Shown here: in pieces, positions 7,516 to 12,893 of the stretch
How positions within the stretch are numbered: the stretch's first letter is position 1
Layout: each line of letters begins with the position of its first letter
Assembly (NCBI GenBank): GCA_963850905.1
Contig: CAWKMU010000001.1
Location: 1 to 12,893, forward strand
Length of the DNA stretch: 12,893 nt
DNA from: an uncultured Gemmatimonadales bacterium
GTDB lineage: Bacteria; Gemmatimonadota; Gemmatimonadetes; Gemmatimonadales; Gemmatimonadaceae
Direction of reading: 5' to 3'
The notes under the pieces: generated by a model
The model's input: only the letters and a program-made list of their open reading frames with translations
Told to the model about the DNA's origin: nothing
The model's database searches: none
Program-made: the position numbers and the translations under genes

Positions 7516-8501
7516 AACCATTCACCTATCAGCGCGCGACGACGCCTGAAGCTGCGCTCGCGGGTGTCTCCCACGCCGGAGCCAAGTTTATTAGCGGCGG
7601 CACAAATCTGCTCGATCTGATGAAACTCGAGATCGAGCAACCGACTCATCTGGTCGACATCAGTCGCCTGCCACTCAGAAATATTGACGCGCTCTCTGAC
7701 GGTGGTCTGTGGATCGGAGCCCAGGTATCTAACTCCGGGCTGGCGGCTGACAGGCAAGTGCGCACACGCTACCCGGTTCTCACACAAGCCGTGGTCGCGG
7801 GGGCCTCAGGCCAATTGCGGAACAAGGCATCGGTGGGGGGAAACCTCCTCCAGCGCACCCGCTGTCCGTACTTCTATTACGAGATGCCCGCGGGGTGCAA
7901 TAAGCGGGATCCCGGATCGGGGTGCGCGGCGATGGGCGGGATCAACCGGATTCACGCGATCCTGGGCGCAAGTGACGCCTGTATTGCCACGCATCCTTCG
8001 GACATGGCCGTCGCCTTGGCCGCGCTCGCCGCCAAGATCGAGCTGCTCGGCGCGAACGGCACCACCAGGACCGTCGAGATCGCAGACTTCTACCGCTTGC
8101 CCGGTAACACCCCACAGATCGAGACCGCAATCGAGGCGGGCGAGATGATCACGGGTGTGATGCTGCCGGCTCCACTACCGGGCCGTCAGATCTACCGCAA
8201 GGTGCGCGACCGGAAGTCGTACGAGTTCGCTCTGGTTGCGGTGGCGGTCATCATGGCGACTGACCACGGTACGATCACGACGGCTCGCGTCGCTTTTGGT
8301 GGCGTGGCCCACAAACCCTGGCGCTCGGCAGAAGCCGAACGCGCGCTTGCCGGCCGACCGGCGACGATGGCGACATTCCGGACCGCTGCCGAGGCGGCCA
8401 TGGCGGGCGCTGTTGGGCGCGGGCACAACGATTTCAAAATCGAGCTGGCTAAGCGCACGCTGTGCCGAACGCTCTTCCAGGCAGCCGAGAATGCGGCGTG
8501 A
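7512..8501 (+). CDS. paoB: FAD-binding subunit with [4Fe-4S] insertion (PaoB/YagS-like)
   Basis: The ATG at 7512 overlaps the paoA stop (ATGA). It starts MKPFTYQRA and has [35 protein letters not shown]...CNKR.PGSGC...[20 protein letters not shown] and GGVAHKPWR. Confidence 0.94.
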   Translation: MKPFTYQRATTPEAALAGVSHAGAKFISGGTNLLDLMKLEIEQPTHLVDISRLPLRNIDALSDGGLWIGAQVSNSGLAADRQVRTRYPVLTQAVVAGASGQLRNKASVGGNLLQRTRCPYFYYEMPAGCNKRDPGSGCAAMGGINRIHAILGASDACIATHPSDMAVALAALAAKIELLGANGTTRTVEIADFYRLPGNTPQIETAIEAGEMITGVMLPAPLPGRQIYRKVRDRKSYEFALVAVAVIMATDHGTITTARVAFGGVAHKPWRSAEAERALAGRPATMATFRTAAEAAMAGAVGRGHNDFKIELAKRTLCRTLFQAAENAA

Positions 8502-8511
8502 AGAGGCCTAG

Positions 8512-10764
8512 ATGATTGGAGAACCCATCAACCGCGTCGATGGTCCGGCGAAGGTCACGGGGCGAGCGACCTACACGTATGAGTACTGGGATGTCGGCGA
8601 ACCGCTGTACGGGTCTATTGTCGGCGCGACGATCGGCCGGGGCCAAATCAAGGCCATCGACGCGTCGCGCGCCGAGCAATCGCCGGGTGTGCGCATGGTG
8701 CTCACCTATCTCAACGCCCCGCCCCAGGGCACACGCGATGCGCCGCCCCCAAGCCCGGGCGACCCGTCGATCTTCCTGGAGTATTGGCGTGCCCAGCCCG
8801 CGATGGCCAGTCGCGAGATTCACCATTACGGCGCACCCGTTGCGCTTGTCGTCGCGACGACCTTGGAGCAGGCGCAAGCGGCGGCGCGCCTCGTCGATGT
8901 CGTCTACAGCGCGGATGCGGGACACTACGACTTCGCCGCTCAGCAACACGAGTCGTACACGCCGAAGGCGCTGCAGCTCGGCATCCCGGCCGCCAGCGCC
9001 GTGGGGGACTTCGATCGCGGGTTCAACGCCGCGGCGGTCAAATTCGATCAGGTCTACTCGGTACCGTTCGAGTTTTCCCAGCCCATGGAGCTACACGCAT
9101 GCCTCGCGGTCCCGCGTGGCGACGAGTTAACCGTCTACGTCTCCACTCAAATCGTCAATGCAGCGCGTGCCGCGATCGCCCGAACGCTCCAGATCGACCC
9201 AAAATCGATTCACATCATCGCCGAGTACATCGGGGGTGGGTTCGGATCTAAGCTGGTCATTCACTACGAAACGATCCTGGCGGTGATGGCCGCTCGCGCG
9301 CTCAACCAGCCGGTCAAAGTCTCGCTGACGCGGCAGCAAGTCTTTCATTGCGTCGGCGTACGACAGATCTCGAGTCAGCGAGTTCGGCTGGGGGCGGGAC
9401 TGGACGGCCGATTGGTCGCCATCGCTCATGACGTTACCATGGCTACAAACCCAGTGGTCGAGTACGGCGAGCTGACCGCCACCACGACGCGCAGTCTGTA
9501 CGCCGCGCCCAACCGGTTGACGACCAGTCGACTGACGCCGCTCGACGTGGTGAGGGGAGAGGACGTTCGCGCACCGGGGGAGGCGCCCGGCATGCTCGTC
9601 GTCGAGACGGCGATGGACGAACTCGCGCATGCGTTAGGAATGGATCCGATCGAGTTGCGGATCCGAAACGAGCCCGCGGCCGATCCGGAGCTCGGCATCC
9701 CATTCAGCGAGCGCCGGCTGCTCGACTGCCTGCGCGACGGCGCACGTCGGTTCGGGTGGGAGCGGCGTCACTCGCGGCCCGCGAGCGTGCGCGACGGCCG
9801 ATGGCTAGTTGGTTACGGTGTGGCAGCCGCCATGCGGGCCCACCCTCAGGCGCCTGCGAAAGTGCGTGTGCGAATCGGCCGGGGTGGAATTGCCGTCGTC
9901 CAGTCAGATATGACCGATATTGGCACCGGCACGTATACGATCCTCGCTCAAGTTGCGGCTGAGGTGCTCGGCCTGCCACTGGAGCGCGTCCGGATCGAGC
10001 TTGGACATTCCGACTATCCGGCAAGCTGGGGCTCGGGGGGCTCGTGGGGCGCATCCAACGCAACAGCCGCGCTGTATCGAGCGTGTCAGACGCTGCGGGA
10101 GAAATTGCTCGCATCGACTCGCACGGACGCGCGCTCGCCACTGGCGGGGCGAGACGCTGCCAACGCGGTATTCTCGAATGGCCGGGTGACCATCGGTGAA
10201 GCGTCCGAAGCACTGACCGACATCGTCGCCCGACTCTTCCCCGAGGGTCTCGAGGCCGAGGGGGAGACGGTGTTCTTGTTCGATGACCCGAATTACAAGG
10301 CATACTCGATCCACACGTATGGCGCCCACTTCGCCGAGGTCGGCGTCGACATCGACACGGCCGAGATTCGCCTGCGGCGGATGCTTGGTGTATTCAATGC
10401 CGGCCGCATTTTGAACGCCAAGACAGCGCGTTCCCAGCTGATCGGCGCAATGACTTTCGGCGTGGGGATGGCCCTTCTCGAAGAGGGGCTTTACGACAGC
10501 CGGTACGGTGCGTTCGTCGGGCAGGATCTCGCCTTTTACCTCGTGCCCGTGCACGCCGACATTCCGGAAATCGACGCCGTCATGCTCGACTCCTTCGACG
10601 GGAAGGCCAACGTGCTTGGCGTGAAAGGGCTCGGTGAGTTGGGCATTTGTGGTGCGGGCGCAGCCATTGGGAACGCCGTGTTCAACGCTACAGGCGTGCG
10701 TGTACGTGATTTCCCCATCACCATCGACAAGGTGCTGCCCGCGCTATCGTCTACAGAACTTTAG
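8512..10764 (+). CDS. paoC: Molybdopterin-binding subunit (PaoC/YagR-like)
   Basis: 750 aa. Motifs: IG.PINRVDG.AKVTG.A.Y, STQ, IGGGFGSK, RAPGEAPG, MTDIGTGTYTI.AQ.AAE, GSGGSWGA, GRILN.KTARSQ, and KGLGELG with the catalytic Glu. Confidence 0.95.
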   Translation: MIGEPINRVDGPAKVTGRATYTYEYWDVGEPLYGSIVGATIGRGQIKAIDASRAEQSPGVRMVLTYLNAPPQGTRDAPPPSPGDPSIFLEYWRAQPAMASREIHHYGAPVALVVATTLEQAQAAARLVDVVYSADAGHYDFAAQQHESYTPKALQLGIPAASAVGDFDRGFNAAAVKFDQVYSVPFEFSQPMELHACLAVPRGDELTVYVSTQIVNAARAAIARTLQIDPKSIHIIAEYIGGGFGSKLVIHYETILAVMAARALNQPVKVSLTRQQVFHCVGVRQISSQRVRLGAGLDGRLVAIAHDVTMATNPVVEYGELTATTTRSLYAAPNRLTTSRLTPLDVVRGEDVRAPGEAPGMLVVETAMDELAHALGMDPIELRIRNEPAADPELGIPFSERRLLDCLRDGARRFGWERRHSRPASVRDGRWLVGYGVAAAMRAHPQAPAKVRVRIGRGGIAVVQSDMTDIGTGTYTILAQVAAEVLGLPLERVRIELGHSDYPASWGSGGSWGASNATAALYRACQTLREKLLASTRTDARSPLAGRDAANAVFSNGRVTIGEASEALTDIVARLFPEGLEAEGETVFLFDDPNYKAYSIHTYGAHFAEVGVDIDTAEIRLRRMLGVFNAGRILNAKTARSQLIGAMTFGVGMALLEEGLYDSRYGAFVGQDLAFYLVPVHADIPEIDAVMLDSFDGKANVLGVKGLGELGICGAGAAIGNAVFNATGVRVRDFPITIDKVLPALSSTEL

Positions 10765-10795
10765 ATCTTCAGCCGCGGCCCTAGGGTGCAGAGAT

Positions 10796-12049
10796 ATGAG
10801 CGACGAAGACGGGATCCGGAGGACGGTCGCGAGGTACACCCGGCTCTTCGACGCGAAAGCGTGGGATGAGCTGGCGACGATCTTCACCGACGATGCGGTG
10901 ATCGTTTCGCGGCGCGGGACGTACGCTGGGCGAGCCGCGGTGATTCGCGATCTCAGGAGTGCGATGACGGCCGAGTACCACGGGTTGCTCTTGGCCTCGA
11001 ACGAGGTCATCGCCTTGGCAGGTGACTCCGCGACCGCGGTCTCTGACTTCCTCGAGATCGAGGACCGGACGATCCTTGCCACCGGGACTTACTGCGACAC
11101 CTTGGTGAAGTCCGGCCAGGAGTGGCTTCTGTCGCGCAAGGAGATTCGGCTCAGCTCTGAGCCGCACGTTCCGAGCGCACCTCTTGCTACAGCGAGTGTT
11201 GCGCGCGCAACCGGGGAGACCGCGGTCGGCGCACCTACGCAACTGGCAACGGTGGGCGACCGGCAGTTCGCCTACCGGACCATCGGCGCGGGCTCGCCCG
11301 TGCTCTTCCTTCAGCGGTTTCGTGGCACGATGGACGACTGGGACCCGGCGTTCGTCGACGCGGTGGCGGCGAACCACCGAGTGATCCTTTTCGACAACGC
11401 CGGCGTCTCGCGGTCCACAGGGCAGGTCCCAGTGACCCTCGCGGCCGCCGCGGATGACGCCGTCGCCTTCGCGAGAGCCCTCGGCGTCGCACGCGCGGCG
11501 GTCCTGGGGTGGTCGATGGGCGGACTCACCGCTCAGAAGGTCGTCATCCGTCACCCGGACTTCGCGTCGCAAGCGATCCTCATCGGCGCGGTCCCGCCCG
11601 GTCCGACGTCGAGGCCGACGCAGCCGCTCTTTGCGACGACGGCCCGCAAGCCCGAGTACTCATTTGAAGACCAGGTGACGCTCTTCTTCACGCAGTCCGA
11701 CGCCAGCCGGAAGGCCGCCAAGCAGTCGCTCGACCGAATCGCAGCACGGACCGTGGACCGAGAGCCGGCGGTCACAGTCGCCGCTTACACGAACCAGACC
11801 GCGGCCATCAAGAGCTTCCACGAGGATCTCGACGCGCTCCGAGAGATCGAGGCGACGGACATACCCATCCTTGTGCTGAACGGAAACCAGGACATCGCGA
11901 ACGCCGTCGACAACTGGTACGCGCTGGGCGCAAGAGCCCGCTCCGTCGAGTTGCATGTCTTTCCCGACGCTGCCCACGGTTCAATGCACCAGCGTCCCGC
12001 GCGCGCGGCCGAGGAGATCAACGGCTTTCTTCGCGCGCACGGCGGCTGA
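10796..12049 (+). CDS. SnoaL/NTF2-like domain fused to an alpha/beta hydrolase
   Basis: ATG at 10796 with a weak SD. The N-terminal ~119 aa (IRR.VARY...FD...WDEL..IFTDDA...GD.ATA...G.Y.D.LV....W.L..K.I) are SnoaL-like. A Pro/Ala linker leads to a hydrolase with FDNAGV..S, GWSMG, NGNQD and FPDAAHG. Confidence 0.85.
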   Translation: MSDEDGIRRTVARYTRLFDAKAWDELATIFTDDAVIVSRRGTYAGRAAVIRDLRSAMTAEYHGLLLASNEVIALAGDSATAVSDFLEIEDRTILATGTYCDTLVKSGQEWLLSRKEIRLSSEPHVPSAPLATASVARATGETAVGAPTQLATVGDRQFAYRTIGAGSPVLFLQRFRGTMDDWDPAFVDAVAANHRVILFDNAGVSRSTGQVPVTLAAAADDAVAFARALGVARAAVLGWSMGGLTAQKVVIRHPDFASQAILIGAVPPGPTSRPTQPLFATTARKPEYSFEDQVTLFFTQSDASRKAAKQSLDRIAARTVDREPAVTVAAYTNQTAAIKSFHEDLDALREIEATDIPILVLNGNQDIANAVDNWYALGARARSVELHVFPDAAHGSMHQRPARAAEEINGFLRAHGG

Positions 12050-12211
12050 GGCTGGCCTGCCGGCGCGGCGAGCAGCTCTATCTCTACGAGATGAATTAAA
12101 GGTCGATTCGGAATCTGCGTTGTAATTGCGCCTCGCTGTTTCTGAGCGGAACAGCGGGCAACAGGCCGGTTTTAAGGTGAGACACCCGGCCAAGGAAAGG
12201 AGAGAACCGTC

Positions 12212-12378
12212 GTGCCAATGATTGACATTTACGCCGTTGCAGGGACGTTCGCCGACCGCAAGGGACTCTCGACCGACGCGGCTGCTCTGTCAAGCCTGTG
12301 GAACAAGTCCCGGACATCCCAATGTTCCGACAGCATAGGGCAGCCTTTGTGCATGAGATGGCGCCCAGCCCGATCTCT
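12212..12378 (+). pseudogene. Tautomerase superfamily (4-oxalocrotonate tautomerase-like, Pro-1) gene, frameshifted and truncated
   Basis: An AAGGAG SD precedes GTG-CCA. MPMIDIYAVAGTFAD...DAAAL continues in another frame as VKPVEQVPDIPMFRQHRAAFVHEM after an apparent 1-base loss at ~12287-12289. Resemblance ends at about 12378. Confidence 0.72.
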
Positions 12379-12423
12379 CCAAAAACACCCGCGGGCGCGC
12401 TTCTGTATCCGGACGGAGGAAAT

Positions 12424-12801
12424 GTGATCAAATCCAATAAGGACATCGTGCTCGAAGTACTCAGGAGGACCTTTGTCGACCGAGATCCAACCGTCGTGGA
12501 GCAGTATTTTGGCGCGAATTACAAGCAGCACAATCCAGTCGTCGCGGACGGCCCGTCAGCAATTGCCAAGATGATTCCGTCCCTCACCGGCCTCACCTAC
12601 GAGCCGGGCATGGCGGTCGCGGATGGCGACCTCGTCATGGTTCACGGGCGCTACACCGGATGGGGACCAAAGCCAATGGTCGCCGTCGATATCTTCCGAG
12701 TCGAGGAAGGCAAGGTGGTGGAACACTGGGATGTGCTGCAGGAGGAAGTCCCGGCCGCCAATACAGCGAACGGCAACGCCATGTTCACAACAGGCGAGTG
12801 A
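12424..12801 (+). CDS. SnoaL/NTF2-like protein (ester cyclase-like)
   Basis: A GGAGG SD lies at 12415-12419 with an in-frame GTG at 12424. Motifs: NKDIV....F.DRD....YF...Y.QHNP...DG, A.GD.V.VHG.Y, VDIFRVE.GK.VEHWDV.Q. Confidence 0.88.
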   Translation: MIKSNKDIVLEVLRRTFVDRDPTVVEQYFGANYKQHNPVVADGPSAIAKMIPSLTGLTYEPGMAVADGDLVMVHGRYTGWGPKPMVAVDIFRVEEGKVVEHWDVLQEEVPAANTANGNAMFTTGE

Positions 12802-12893
12802 GCTGTGTCAGTCGGAGCTTGTCCGTACTTCCCGACTTGTCCAGGCGCAGTTCTTGGCCGCCCGCCCCCACACGCCCCATTCGCTTGATCGAC

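Noticed and set aside
6952..10764. Calling the Mo enzyme a true xanthine dehydrogenase or CO dehydrogenase
   Set aside because: The motifs are PaoABC-type (RAPG loop, [4Fe-4S] insert). The CoxL AYxCSFR motif is absent and there are no purine catabolism genes nearby.
10634..10795. Upstream extension of the SnoaL-hydrolase ORF
   Set aside because: It overlaps the paoC 3' end, and the SnoaL pattern begins right after ATG 10796.
12810..12842. AGTCGG...CCGACT inverted repeat and CTTGTCC direct repeat after the last gene
   Set aside because: Short arms, large loop and no U-tract; it could be chance, and downstream context is missing.
1..12893. Integron cassettes, CRISPR array, IS elements or RNA genes as an explanation for the mosaic
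   Set aside because: No attC-like RYYYAAC...GTTRRRY structures, regularly spaced repeats, terminal inverted repeats, recombinase genes or tRNA/rRNA patterns were seen.

Overview
GC-rich bacterial accessory region with two parts. (1) About 1-3400: the 3' end of an SDR oxidoreductase, a divergent pair of an Fsr-type MFS exporter and a cupin-AraC (NimR-like) regulator, and a TetR gene that lacks its HTH end. (2) About 3495-12801: a DJ-1/PfpI-AraC (GlxA/FtrA-type) regulator faces away from a long, tightly packed + strand gene run. A 21-bp-spaced tandem repeat typical of AraC operators lies between them. The run holds an enoyl-CoA hydratase remnant, a DUF302 protein, an alpha/beta hydrolase, an uncharacterised Cys/His/Met-motif protein, a complete PaoABC (YagTSR)-type molybdo-flavo-iron-sulfur oxidoreductase with no Tat signal, a SnoaL/NTF2-alpha/beta-hydrolase fusion, a frameshifted tautomerase and a standalone SnoaL/NTF2 protein. 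The main candidate for a new system is this hydrolase + unknown protein + cytoplasmic PaoABC + SnoaL cluster, which may be an undescribed catabolic or detoxification pathway. Many junctions contain short gene remnants, suggesting the cluster was stitched together by deletions. No tRNA, rRNA, CRISPR array, integrase or transposase was seen. All family calls are from motif recognition by eye; no searches were run.
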